64,000 bases of DNA from positions 71,982,001 to 72,046,000 of the forward strand of contig OZ038379.1 of NCBI GenBank assembly GCA_964036045.1, in the 5' to 3' direction. This DNA comes from Eutreptiella sp. 'Long Island Sound 2002' (taxonomy: Eukaryota > Protista > Euglenida). Positions 47,831 through 59,674 of this stretch are shown here, piece by piece. The position numbers and the translations under genes were made by a program. The stretch's first letter is position 1. Each line of letters begins with the position of its first letter. A model generated the notes under the pieces. The model was not told the DNA's origin and ran no database searches. It saw nothing but the letters and a program-made list of their open reading frames with translations.

Positions 47831-49441
47831 CTGTTGGAGGCGGGTTAATGTCCCCTTTTCCAAATCGCCCTCACTCTTGGATATCGGGCGCACCCAACCC
47901 CTGGACGAGCATTAAGGCGGAGATAGAGTTGTACCTCTTTCTGGCTGAAAAGGTGAAAAATGGCCTAAGAAGTGGTTTACTCCGCCTTCGCTGCAAGGAG
48001 CCCAGGTAGAGGCAAGGCCTAAGACTTTCAGACCATACTTCCCAACACATCACGTCGCGTGGGAGCCACTTAGCTCATTGGGAGAGGTGAGAAAACAAAT
48101 TTTCCAACCTCGATTCGTGACGTGCATAAAACAAGTTAAGAATAGCAATATCGGCCAAACATTTAGAGTTAAAACTAAGGTACGTTTATCGAATCAGGGC
48201 TTGGCTTGTAGTCCAATTGAAGGTATTATAGTGGGCCTTTACAAATTTAGTTACGACACATTAAGTCTTACTTTGGTACCAAGGTCAAAAGGGCCGTCAA
48301 ATGGACAAGTGCGAATAATTGCAAAAGACGACGCGTGTTCACTTTGATGGCCTTTAAAAAAAAAGAGTGAAGTTGGAAAAATATAGCAACCACCCAAATA
48401 CATGTGGAAGGTCTCCGCTTGTCATATTACCTTGGTATTGGGTCTAACTCGCCATGGGCTTGGAGAACTAAGCAAAATGAAAAGTGAAAAGTGCCAAAGT
48501 CGCAATAAATTTACAAGGCACTTTCAATAAGAAAATTAATGCGTGGATACAATCTCGAGTTCAGACGTAATTCGCAAAACCTCTCCGGCATTTGTTCTTG
48601 GGAACAACATACTCGCGTATGGTTGTTCGTACTCACGTTGCCACGCAACTAGCGTTTGTGCACACCAGACACTCATGAAAAACACATGCTGTGGGGAACT
48701 CCCTTTCTAGATATACTTGGTATATCAAGGGAAACACGACGCAAACTCTATATGCACTTTGCATGAGTGCAAAATGCCGCACAATAGGAGGTTTGAGGGG
48801 AGCCAACGGCGTTGTGCTCCCCCACTTTGAATCATTGGGCCACGCGCAGAAAAAACCTCCCTCAGTGATTACCTCCAGTCTGGAGCGCTGAAAAGATCTG
48901 ACTGTCATACCAGTTGAAAGTATATTAAAATACCTTCAGATCCAGCTACTCAGGGCATTTTTAACCTCACAGGTTCAGGAGAAATTCCCCAAACATAACT
49001 CCCCACCGAAACTCTGGCAAACCCCGCGCACAGGCGACGACGGGCTACATTTTGGCAGAGCTCAGGGATTATTCGAAAATGACCCATTTTTGATGAATGT
49101 CGATCATCTACATAAGACTGTTGCAATTCATCAGTGACCGACGCCACTCACAGCAATTAACGACGATGTCGGGAATCGAATTGTCTTGCTGTCCTTCTGC
49201 AACAACTGCAAACAAGGGAAGGCTTGGCATCTCAGCGGAGGAAGGGAAGATACCTCAGGGATGTCACAACAGTGCCCATGGGGAGCAAAAGGGGCCGCCC
49301 TGACAGGCTGGTCAATCCCTAAACACTCCCCCCCGAAGACACAAGTAGGGCCTTTGTCGGGAAAGACCATTTTGGAATGACCCGTCAGAAATGCACAATA
49401 CACCGTCATTCTTAAGCTCACCCTTCGTCACAAAACTGATT

Positions 49442-49800
49442 TCACTTCTTCTTCAGAATTTTTTCACTGATTTCACTTCCTTCTAACTTGCCAACTTGGA
49501 CATAGATTATTATTGTATAAGTGTTCCCGACAGCCAAATTGCGCATTAGCACAGCCGGGAAGGCACCTCTTGGCACCCCATCTTCTTTCACTGCTTGCAC
49601 TGATTCCACTTCTTTTTCACAACCTTTTTCACTCATTTCACTTCCTTCTAACTTGCCACCTTCGACATAAATCATTATCGTATAAGTGTTCCCCACAGCC
49701 AAATTGCGCATTAGCACAACCGGGACGGCACCTCTTGGCACCCCATCTTTTTTAACTGCTTGCACTGATTCCACTTCTTTTTCACAGCCTTTTCACTGAT
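49442..49800 (-). repeat. 165-bp tandem duplication, in frame on the minus strand (55-aa unit)
   Basis: ESVQAVK(K/E)DGVPRGA...LMRNLAVGNTYTI(M/I)IYV...GKLEGSE repeated twice without stops. Confidence 0.75.
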
Positions 49801-49899
49801 TTCACTTAATGCCTTTCTCCTTCTAACTTGCAATCATTATTTACCCATACCATTCTCAATGCGTTTTTGACCTTTCGGGAAGCGCCCAAGTACCCAAAC

Positions 49900-51300
49900 C
49901 TCTAGAAGGAAGCTGATCTCACTTACCAAAACCAAGCATAAGTGATTTTTGCGCAAAAATCCACGTAGTTTGGTTGGATGCACGACACCAAGGCACATCT
50001 AAGCAAGGAAACGAGGTTGAATTGCAATCATTATTTATCCATACCGTTCTCAATGCGTTTTTGACCTTTCAGGGAGCAACCTAGTACCCAAACCTCTAGA
50101 CGGAAGCTGATTTCACTTACCAAAACCAAGCATGAGTGATTTTTACGCAAAAAGGTGTTGCAACGTTTTTTTGATCTTTCGTACAATGTTCCAACTGGTG
50201 TAGTAGGTGCAACTAACTTTCAAAAGGCTCCAAATCAGCTTCCTGGTTGGTGGAATTGAGTTGTTATCTACTTTCATGCTGGTGAAGTGCTGAATGGTAC
50301 TTCCACATAAGGCTCGCAACCACAATGTATCAATTGGTTCCGAACGCGGATCCTGGCTTTGTGACTCAGTGATTTTCATTCGGACCCTGGTCATTTACAT
50401 CGGTCCACACTGGCGATTGCTCAGGCACACTGCTGGTTGCTCAGGCACACTGGTGATTGCCCAGGCACACTGGTGATTGCTCAGGCACACTGGCGATTGC
50501 TCAGGCACACTGGTGGTAGACGGAAGCTGATTTCACTTACAAAAAACAAGCATAAGTGATTTTTGTGGAAAAGGGTGTTGCAACTTTTATTTGACCTTCC
50601 GCACAATGTTCCAACTGGTGTAGTAGGTGCAACTCAATTTCAAAAGGCTCCAAACTAGCTTCTTGGTTGGTGGAATTGAATTTTCATCTACTTTCATGCT
50701 GGTGAAGTGCTGAATGGTACTTCCACATAAGGCTCGCAAGCACAATGTATCGATTGGTTCCCAACGCGGATCCTGGCTTTGTGACTCAGTGATTTTCATT
50801 CGGACCTTGATTATTTACATCGGTCCACACTGGTGATTGCTCAGGCACACTGGTGGTTGCTCAGGCACACTGGTGATTGCCCAGGCACACTGGTGATTGC
50901 TCGGGCACACTGGCGATTGCTCAGGCACACCGGTGGTAGACGGAAGCTGATTTCACTTACAAAAACCCAAGCAGAATGTATCGATTGGTTCCCAACGCAG
51001 ATCCTGGCTTTGTGACTCAGTGATTTCCAATCCCACCTTGGTTATTTACATCGGTCCACAATGGCGATTGCTCAGGCACACTGCCGGTTGCTCAGGCACA
51101 CTGGTGATTGCCGAGGCACACTGGTGATTGCTCAGGCACACTGGCGATTGCTCAGGCACACTGGTGGTAGACGGAAGCTGATTTCACTTACAAAAACCCA
51201 AGCACAATGTATCGATTGGTTCCCAACGCGGATCCTAGCTTTGTGACTCAGTGATTTTCATTCGGACCTTGGTTATTTTCATCGGTCCAGACTGGTGCAA
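49900..51300. repeat. Hierarchical tandem repeat: 20-bp CACACTGG(C/T)GATTGCTCAGG arrays embedded in 420-bp and ~240-bp units
   Basis: Arrays at 50406-50518, 50826-50938 and about 51060-51170, each followed by GGTAGACGGAAGCTGATTTCACTTAC. Confidence 0.9.
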
Positions 51301-52059
51301 TACGACTGCAAACACGTTTCAGTCCAAGGAACCACCATGGTAATGAAAACAAAGGACAATCGCAACAAGCCGCACCACTCTGAGAATCTGAGTATCTGGT
51401 TCTCTTAATCAGTTCAACATCGCACACAGTGCATAATGAACACAGAGCTCAGGCATCTGCACTTCCAGAAATCAAACACAGGCGTAAAAAACAGCATGTA
51501 AATACAGTGCATGCAAACACATGCAAATTATAAGAGGGGCACCTGCTTGGAGAGGAATGTCAGAGTTCCCAGGCAGAATTGAACTGCTGACATCCGACTC
51601 TACATCAAAGGGGGCCCAGAGTTCCCAGGCTGCAATTTTTGGCGCAGCAGCCTTTCCCCTTTTACCCCTTCCATCTGCCAAGGCGAAGGAAATCCAGGGC
51701 AGCGTGGGTATAGCCGTCCACAGACTGCACCTGGACAAGCACATATAGACCTCTTAGGAGGACAGAAAGAAAACCGAACAGCGGGCTGGGCAGCACACAG
51801 GGGGGCTTTGACTGGTACAAAGGAGGCATTGCCCCAGGGTGCTCCTACCTCAATGGGAAAAAAATGCAACTTGGCAGAGCGCAGGGAACTGCCGGGCAGT
51901 CACATGGGGGGGGGGGGATCAGAGGGTGGGGGGAGCCACACACACAAAAATCCACATGTGACCCCGACGAGTTCTCCAAAACTGAAGCTGACTACCTATC
52001 AACAACACCACTGCTCAATGAAATCATTAAATTAATCAAAATTCAGAACTCCTGACGCT

Positions 52060-53090
52060 GGACTTCATTTCGTCTGCATCTGCATCTACTCACAGACTAC
52101 TGCAGAGATTTTCAGATGCATACTCATGTCCAGCGAGAAGATCCTCCCTGCCGCGGCCGCCATCTTGTACACGTCCCTTTCTGATGACGGAACAGCTCGC
52201 GCTTGCACTGCCATCTGTGAGGCCACTTGTTCTTGGTACACCCAGGCCATATCCTTCACGGTGGATCCCGGTCCCATCGCCGCGCTCCACATCCCCACCG
52301 CGCTGTCTATCAGGCTACTTTCCCGCAATGGCGTTCTCGTAAGACCTCCGAACTCGCTTTCCCCCGGGCATCCCACCGGATGCTGAAGTACCCTTCCTTC
52401 TCTGGTACATGGCGCACTCGGTATCGCGGAGCCACCTCGTCCTGCCGGCGTAGCTGCCGCACCACGAATTCTTCCGTCAGTCCCGTCGTGGTTGGCATTG
52501 GCAAGGTTGTCCCACTTCAAAGATGGTGATCGTTGTCATCGACTGCTTGGTGCTTCTGACGAATCCCTCCCGCTCCGAGGGATAGGGCCTAAGGACAAAG
52601 CAGTTGACAACTACTCACAGACTACAGCAGAGTTCTTGAGATGCATACTCGTGTCCTGCGAGGAGAGGCATCAGCAAGCAACCATTTTGGATGGTTCAGG
52701 CCTACGGCTCGGCCACCCCTATCCCCTGTCGGCGACCAGACGGGTCGGCATTGGCAAGGTTGTGAAAGTCTGAAGCTCATTACTGTGTGCCAACCCACCC
52801 AGATGTTTTGCAAACCCCAAACCCACAAATGCCATTGGACATTCACCCACCCAACTACCACAGGCAAAATGCCTCACCAAAGGCAAAATGCCTTGACCAG
52901 GCGCCGACCCAAAATCCTCCACAATGGCCTACCCTACCTGGAAGCCAGCCAGCCTAAAATTCTCACAGACCCGACCTAGGGTAGGACACACATTAAAGAA
53001 AGTCTGGGCACTCTCAACCTGTTACCATGGTGCGGTCGGTGGCTGCATGAGGGCGATGTGGAGCAGCGTCGCTTCCCTGCTCCCTTTGGT
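52060..53090. repeat. Dispersed repeat family with ~370-bp internal units (paralogs at about 61200-61380 and 62280-63230)
   Basis: CTCACAGACTAC..CAGAG..CTT.AGATGCATACTC at 52089, 52614, ~61274, 62566 and 62938; 52890-53090 matches 63020-63210. Confidence 0.8.
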
Positions 53091-53269
53091 GGCGCCTCCT
53101 CCACCTTTAGCTTTTCTTTCTTTCGTTTATGCTGCTTCCCCTGGACATGCCACCTCCACGACGTGGGGTTCTCGGAGACCTCCACGTCGCAGAGGCAGCA
53201 GTGGGGATGGTTTGGGTCTTTTTTAAAATATTTGTAGTCTGGACACGATGCGGTGATCGGGAGTGCCAT
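52976..53269 (-). CDS. Short ORF with a U1/matrin-type C2H2 zinc finger
   Basis: MALPITASCPDYKYFKKDPNHPHCCLCDVEVSENPTSWRWHVQGKQHKRK: C-x2-C...H-x2-GKxH pattern, with a pyrimidine tract just before the ATG. Confidence 0.6.
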   Translation of the reverse strand: MALPITASCPDYKYFKKDPNHPHCCLCDVEVSENPTSWRWHVQGKQHKRKKEKLKVEEAPPKGAGKRRCSTSPSCSHRPHHGNRLRVPRLSLMCVLP

Positions 53270-53457
53270 TATTGAGAGAAAAAAGAAACCTCTAACCAGA
53301 CAAACACCAAGACAGGGGCGGAAACATCCCAAAGGGCATGATATGATGGGGCAGAATAGATGAACCCATGTTGAACACTCTCTCCACACCGCAACTCAGC
53401 AGCACATCTACCTCATGGGGCTTGCTTGTGGGGCTCATGTGCAACCATTGGTAATAT

Positions 53458-53607
53458 TTCCAGAAGTATCTCGTCTTTTGAAGCGTGAAAATGACATAGG
53501 TTGGGATGCACGGCAACCTATGTCGACCGAGGGGGGGGGGACGCATGCACCAGCCTCCTAAAGGAATTACAGAGCACACACCAATATATTGGTTCAGTAG
53601 GTGCATG
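53458..53607 (+). pseudogene. Internally deleted fragment of the Transib/RAG1-like transposase
   Basis: PEVSRLLKRENDIGWDAR fused directly to STEGGGRMHQPPKGITEHTPIYWFSRC; both halves match the 57.6-59.3 kb ORF. Confidence 0.8.
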
Positions 53608-53876
53608 ATCTCCTTTGTGGCCAGATTGGGGAACTATGAGCCCCCATCAGGGCCACCAGTACCGGCCTTCTTCAGCTTCTTGGCATTGCGGGAAAGGGGG
53701 CATCCAAATTGAGCCACGAAATTGAGGCTGACGCGGTGGAAGCCCGTCTTTGCCAACTGGATGAAGTTGCTGGCAGTCAGAGGCATCCAGTCCAGGAGAA
53801 TCTCCACCGTGAAGGATCCAGCAGAATTCTGAAAGGCTGCCCAAGGATTGGAAGGGGGCGGCAGTGCATCATCCAT
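53608..53876 (-). pseudogene. Cyclophilin-type peptidyl-prolyl isomerase, 5' fragment
   Basis: SAGSFTVEILLDWMPLTASNFIQLAKTGF[gap]HRVSLNFVAQFGCP...AGTGGP. The YDGxHF-like segment is deleted, there is an in-frame TAG, and the fragment ends at the transposase fragment. Confidence 0.8.
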
Positions 53877-54099
53877 GGCAGGGGAAAAAGACTAGGCAGA
53901 AGAAATGACGCCACGGGGTCATACTATCTGCTGCAAAGGGTCTGTGTTCCTCGGACCAAGGCGTCAGTTCTGCCCATTAAGCGCATGCTTTGTGCTGCAA
54001 ACTCTGGAGACTTGGTGCCCGAGGCTTTAACGAATTCACCACAATCAAACAGGCTGCAGCTGCCGCTCAGCCCTGTGCATCGGCGCCTGGTGTAAAAAG

Positions 54100-54693
54100 C
54101 CCCCCCCCCCCTGCGCAAGCATGCTGAAGGTCGGCAAAACGACGGTAACACGGGCTTATGTGCTTGGACAAGGCAGTGCTTGCGCGCGACGCGCGGTACC
54201 AAAAGAACGTATGTCATCGGAAACCTGCCCATACCTCACCCTAATCACAATTGTCACAACAGGGCACTACAACACAATGTGCAGGCAGATTTCAGCAAGT
54301 TCTGGAGGTCCTCACTGCCCATCAGGGCCATCAGGAGCTGTAGAAAAGAAGCCCTTTCCCACATTGCGCGTCATCTTGAACAATTCTAAATGCTTCCCCT
54401 TTTGGGGCAGCCTTTGGGGCAGGCTTGGCTTCGGGTTTTGGAATGAGTTTAGGCTTCCTATTCCTTGGGACAAAACTGTCATCAACAATATCCTTGGTGA
54501 AGTAAAGCTTGATATGAGCAGGAGGAACTACCACAAGCATGATCAAGCCCAGCTTTCCCTCTACAAGCAAACCACAATCGCATAATGTTACATTTCTGAC
54601 CATAAAAACCGTGGTCAGAAAATTCAATCAAAACGACGGTAACACGGGCTCATGTGCTTGGACAAAGCAGTGCTTGCGCAAGGGGGGGGGGGG
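54100..54693. mobile_element. Short inverted-repeat (MITE-like) unit split by a 443-bp insert flanked by a 51-bp direct repeat
   Basis: C-run+TGCGCAAGC at the left and GCTTGCGCA+G-run at the right; direct repeat 54135-54185 / 54629-54679 with 2 mismatches. Confidence 0.6.
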
Positions 54694-57639
54694 TATCTGC
54701 GTATGCTACGGAGTGGACAGCCAAACTTCGGATGACAACGAATTCTGCCACCCCGCATTTTCAACGGACACGGAAAGTTGACGTTGAGGGTTGGAGCAGA
54801 TTTTTGAGATCGTTTTAGGAAGGTTCGCTGCTGGGCCGAAACTGATAGTTCTAACGTTGATCCAAATATATATCATTTCAATGTAATTGTTTTTCCCCTG
54901 CTCATTGTAGGTACCTGGAACATGGCGCGCAGTTTCGTGTTGTGGCCGATCATGGGGCGGGTATAATGGCCATTCAAATGAAGATGGCCGCAAACCGGCC
55001 AAAAATGTATGACAAAAATGAGTGAATGTGGTAAAACAATTGAACGAAGGAAATGGCCTAATTGGTTTTGTGGCCGGGTTGTGTTCCCCCTCCCAGAGTC
55101 CGACCAAGCCGGGGGGGGGCGGGGGACGAAATCAAAACATGTCATGTGGTGATGACAGGAGGCTGCGCCCTGTGAATTGCATGCTCTCTGCAGTTACCCG
55201 CGCCACCGCACACTCCCCCCGGCCCCTAGATGCAGCTCCTGGTCGGTCTCCTACAGAAAGGGATGCCAAAAGAAAGGGGCATTGGTACTTCCCAGTGCCA
55301 TATGTCCATTCTGGACTAGAAATATTTGTATAGCCCGAGTCAGGCTCATGAGTGCCTGTTCCATGATGATTCAAAACGGACACGAAATGTTTTCGATGTG
55401 TCGGCATCTACAGTGCACCAGCTGCATTGCTGCCATTGCTTTCGTTTTGGGTAGTGTTGAATTTACGCTGTAAATGCCAAATGCGTTTGCATCCATTTGC
55501 AATTGTTGTCAGCAGGGGGCACAGGGTCAAGCCAAACTGGTGAGTCCCTGCAAGTTCATGCATGCTATGCAATACCAATGAGGTGATTTGGGAATCTTTA
55601 CCCACACACAACCCACCAAGGCAGCAGTGCAGTGCAGCGCAGCGCAGCGCAGTGCAGTTTCTGGTCCAATTCTGCTTCGTGTTCCAGCTATGCTTGACAA
55701 AAATTGATCGTCCCCCATTGACGCTCCCCCAACTCCCCATCCGACAAATATTGGCGAACGTTGTCCCCGCATTCCGTCATACTGGGTCTCAGTTAGCCAC
55801 AGAGGATCACACGAAGCACGTGCGCAGGATCCGCGCCTTCTCCACCTATGCCCTGACGAAACTTGATTACATCACACATGGCGCCGTCCTTCCAGCACCC
55901 TCTCTGACAAACCTGCAGGTGATCACCAATCGACATTTTCGATGTGTGTATCGGCGCCCCAAATGGGCTCCCTTGGACTCCCAAATGGAGTCCTCACAAG
56001 TGCAACCAAACTGCAATTCAAAAGAACAACCCAGCATGCAAACACAACAAGCATTAGGGGGCGTTTTCTCACACCGCGCGCGCACAGCGCGGGCACAGCG
56101 CGCGCACAGTGCGCGCACAGCGCCAACTATTACGGTGATTATCCGGGTAACAGCCCCCAAAAAACCGCCTACCCGCGGAATCATGCACAACCAATTCAAA
56201 TCCCGAAAATTCAAACATCTGATGCTTGCCATTGGTCCCGTGGACCTAAATTCTGCCCCCTATAGCCCCGTCCACTGCAGCCGCCATTCAATGACGTCCG
56301 CTCAATCTTCTGAACTTACCGAACTCCCAGTGGTGGAGAACAGCCAACGTTTCGCACAGCGCGCGCACAGCGCGTGCACAGCGCGTGCACAGCGCACGGT
56401 ACGCCCCTTAGCCACGCACGAAAACTTGCAAACCACGTGGGCTCTGACTGAAAGTCACCGGGATGGGACCGGGTTTCATATTCACCACAGAGGAGGGCAC
56501 CCACCAGAAGTCCGCGCGGCACGGGGCCAGTCCTGGGGATAGTGCGTATCGGCGCTAGCGCGAGATACACACTTTTTTTGGGGGGGATACACACACAATA
56601 CACATTTCAGATGCCTGGCATACACATGTGATACATGAAATCCATGAAGAGAGAAACGAGATCTTGGCCATCCCCCACAGGAAACGAAATGAGAAAAGGG
56701 TTGGACACACATATGGAACATAGCACAATTGACATATGTGCATGCCAGGAATTGAAGTAACGCTCAACCGTCTCAGCAGAGCCATGCCTCACCAACTGAG
56801 CTACAACTACCAGCTTGTAAATCTGTGCAGCAAAGCGTTCTTAGCTTAAAATGATGTCTAGAAAAGAGCGCAAAAAGCGCACGCCAGAATGAGAAAAGGG
56901 TGGGACACACATGTGATACACACTCTTGAGAGTTGGGATACACACATGATACACACACCAAAGAGTTACAGATACACAAGTTTCAGTTCTTTGGGATACA
57001 TTTATCTCCAGGAGTGCACGGGGGTTCATGGCTCCCTGAGCTGGATAAGACGATGCAATGGCAAAAGGTGGGCTGCAGGGGAACTTCAGGCAGGGCATGT
57101 CTTGAGGAAAACACGCCCTGCAGAAAAAGCCCTGCAGAAAAAACACAGACACTTTGCCTCGAGAACATCGCGAGTAAAGTACAATATCGCATGTGGTGGT
57201 CCGGTAGTTGACACCACGGTCTGAGGGGCGAGAGTCCTGGCACACACAACACTGCTGTTTGAACGTTGGAAATTGACAACAGCACAAACTGGGTACGTGT
57301 CAATATCATCGACATTCATGGCTGAAATTGAGAAAACCTAAGTGAGTGACGGTAAGCTTATTCTGAGACCATAAGATGCAGCGGGAACTGCCTAGCCTGT
57401 AGGCATCCCAGTGTGCTACTGGAGCACAGAAAAGACTGAGGCAGGTGATGGCAACTTGGCGAGCTGAGCATCGAACCTACGTTGGAGGGGAAGAGGGTAC
57501 GGGCTAGCGAACCTACATGGAGGAGAAAGAGGGTAAGGCCAACACAGGCAGACTCTCTTCGGAATGAAGGTAGAGAAAGAGGATCACAGTGCTTGTACCG
57601 CACCTCTTCACCTAAGAACCACAGGCCCAGCACCTGTGC

Positions 57640-59252
57640 TCCCCACGTTGTACAATCCAGTATTCCAGGTTGGCACCTACTGAACCAATATGTTGGTGTG
57701 CGCTCCGGAATTTTTTTTTGAGGCTGGTGCATGCGTTCCCCCCCCTTGCTGGACACCCGAACCGGATTTCCTGAGTGCAGAATGCGTGGGGTTTGATGAA
57801 ACAGGAAGATGTGCAGTCCTGGTCCATATCGACGGGCGCTGAGACCCACCAAGCCATATAATCGATCAGCCTCTAGAGCAGGGGAGTCTCTCATTGACAC
57901 TGCTTCGGGCTTCCAGTACAAAATTTGTTGTCCCAGGAGGTGCATCAGTTTGATATACCTCTGAATCGGATCAGGCAGAGCACATCAATTGTTCAACAGT
58001 GGGTGTGCAATGCAAATCCCGTCAGGATCCTTACCAAACTTGGTGAAAATATTTGCCAGTTTTTCCCAGAAGCTATTAAGGAACAGTACCCTTTTCGCCT
58101 CTTTACAGTCGAACTTGAAATACCCACGGCATCCTCTTTTTTTAGTTGTTGAATTGCCTCAGCATCGGGTTCAAAATATTTTGGAGACTTGTCCAACACG
58201 TTGAAGACTGAACGGTAGAGAGAGACCAGATTCTGCACATAGTGGTTTGGGAGGTTCTTCTTTGCGTATAGGTAAAGGGCATGTAAAATTGGGTGGGTCA
58301 AAACGTGTGCCCATAGGTGCCGTGCATCCCAACCTATGTCTTTTTCATGCTTGAAAAGACGAAGTACTTCTGGGACGGGGATCATTGCAATCCAGTCGGC
58401 TAAAGTCCGCAATTCGGCGCCGGTGAAGGTTGGTAGCACAAATTCCTCCTTTGTTGCTGGGCAAAAAGGGCAGCAGTCATTGCATTGTGGACCGTGAGTC
58501 CCCAGAAATGTGTTCAAATGGGCCAAGTCTGGGTATGTCTTTAATCGAAGCGGTTTCCCATTTACACCGCGTGTCAGGGCTTTCTCTATGGCAGGCACCA
58601 TTCTGTGCGTATTGAGAAGACCCTTGAATTGATGTGCATCATCCGGCCCCACATAGCGTGCAATTGCAAGTTGCATGATTGTCTGATGCGGACTTTTGGC
58701 CTCAGGTAAACGGAAGACCAAGACGGGGGACTTCAAGTCACGGTCCCCGTAAAGGTTGCAGGCATCCACGAAAAGTAATAGTGAGGGTGAGTAATCACCC
58801 TCGTGCATGCATTCATCTCTTTCAACAAGGTACAAATTCATGTCCAGTGCCTGGAACGGGCTCATTGTTGCCCCCTGTGGCATCGTTGTAATGACACGGC
58901 CCTCCAGCAATTCTTTTTCCAAGTCACCAACTTTGTTTTGCCAGCAATTCATGCGCTCCTGGCCCTCAATATGTGCGTTTTCTGTGGCTTTTGTGCGAAC
59001 GCGTGACTGGAGAGTGTTGATAACATGCTGCCGACTCGCCGGTCTTGCACGCTTCCGATTTTGCACAGGATGATACCTGCATCGCATCCTTGGAGGCTGC
59101 TTGGTTGGTGGCGTGGGACGCAGAACCCCACATTTATCGGCAAGACCTTGCTTTAATTGTTTGGGTGCCTGCTCAAAATGCAGTTTCCGCATGCGTTTGC
59201 CAGAGGGTGTTAATGTATCATAGCTCTTTCTGGGCCGGCCAGCTGTCATCAT
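57640..59252 (-). pseudogene. Near-full-length Transib/RAG1-core-like DDE transposase (one frameshift at the T7 run 58137-58143, one TGA at 57985-57987)
   Basis: GRPRKSYDTLTPSGKRMR (NBD-like); LLLFVDA (Asp1); YPDLAHL (Asp2); CCPFC and DARHLWAH (Zn ligands); HIFLFHQTPRILHSG...SSKGGERMHQ (Glu); ILDCTTW. Confidence 0.78.
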
Positions 59253-59490
59253 AAAAAGGATAATAAGAAGAATTGAGAGAAACCCTCTGATATGGGCCTT
59301 CATGAGAGCCAGAAAGAAATGTAACAGCAATTTTGCATAAACATTTCGAAAATTGAAAGCGTGTAGAACCAGCGAGTCATCAGCACAAACAGACACCCTC
59401 TTGTCGGTCATTCGAACAAAAGCCGAGGAGATTGCACCGGTAGAGCATGTACATCCACAATCTGATGAACTCGTTGCGGGGATGCAGCAA

Positions 59491-59674
59491 TCAGCCCGTT
59501 TCAGGCACTGGACATGTATTTGTACCTTGCTCAAAGAGATGAATGCATGCATGAGGGTGATTACTCACCCTCACTAATACCAGCCTGATAAAAGAATTAC
59601 AGAGCGCACACCAATATATTGGTTCAGTAGGTGCCCACCTGGAATACTAAATTGTATAACGTGGAGAGCACAGG
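59491..59674 (+). pseudogene. Inverted, internally deleted transposase fragment upstream of the main copy
   Basis: 59491-59578 is a reverse-complement match to 58777-58864; 59579-59674 is a reverse-complement match to 57633-57728. Confidence 0.85.

Noticed and set aside
50406-51170. CRISPR-like regular repeats (also the ~40-bp arrays at 37.7 and 45.4 kb)
   Set aside because: Units are directly adjacent with no unique spacers; no cas genes; eukaryotic TE context.
57585-57591. Exact RSS heptamer CACAGTG pointing into the RAG1-like ORF
   Set aside because: No convincing nonamer at 12 or 23 bp, no partner on the other side, and a 7-mer is expected several times by chance; kept only as a lead.
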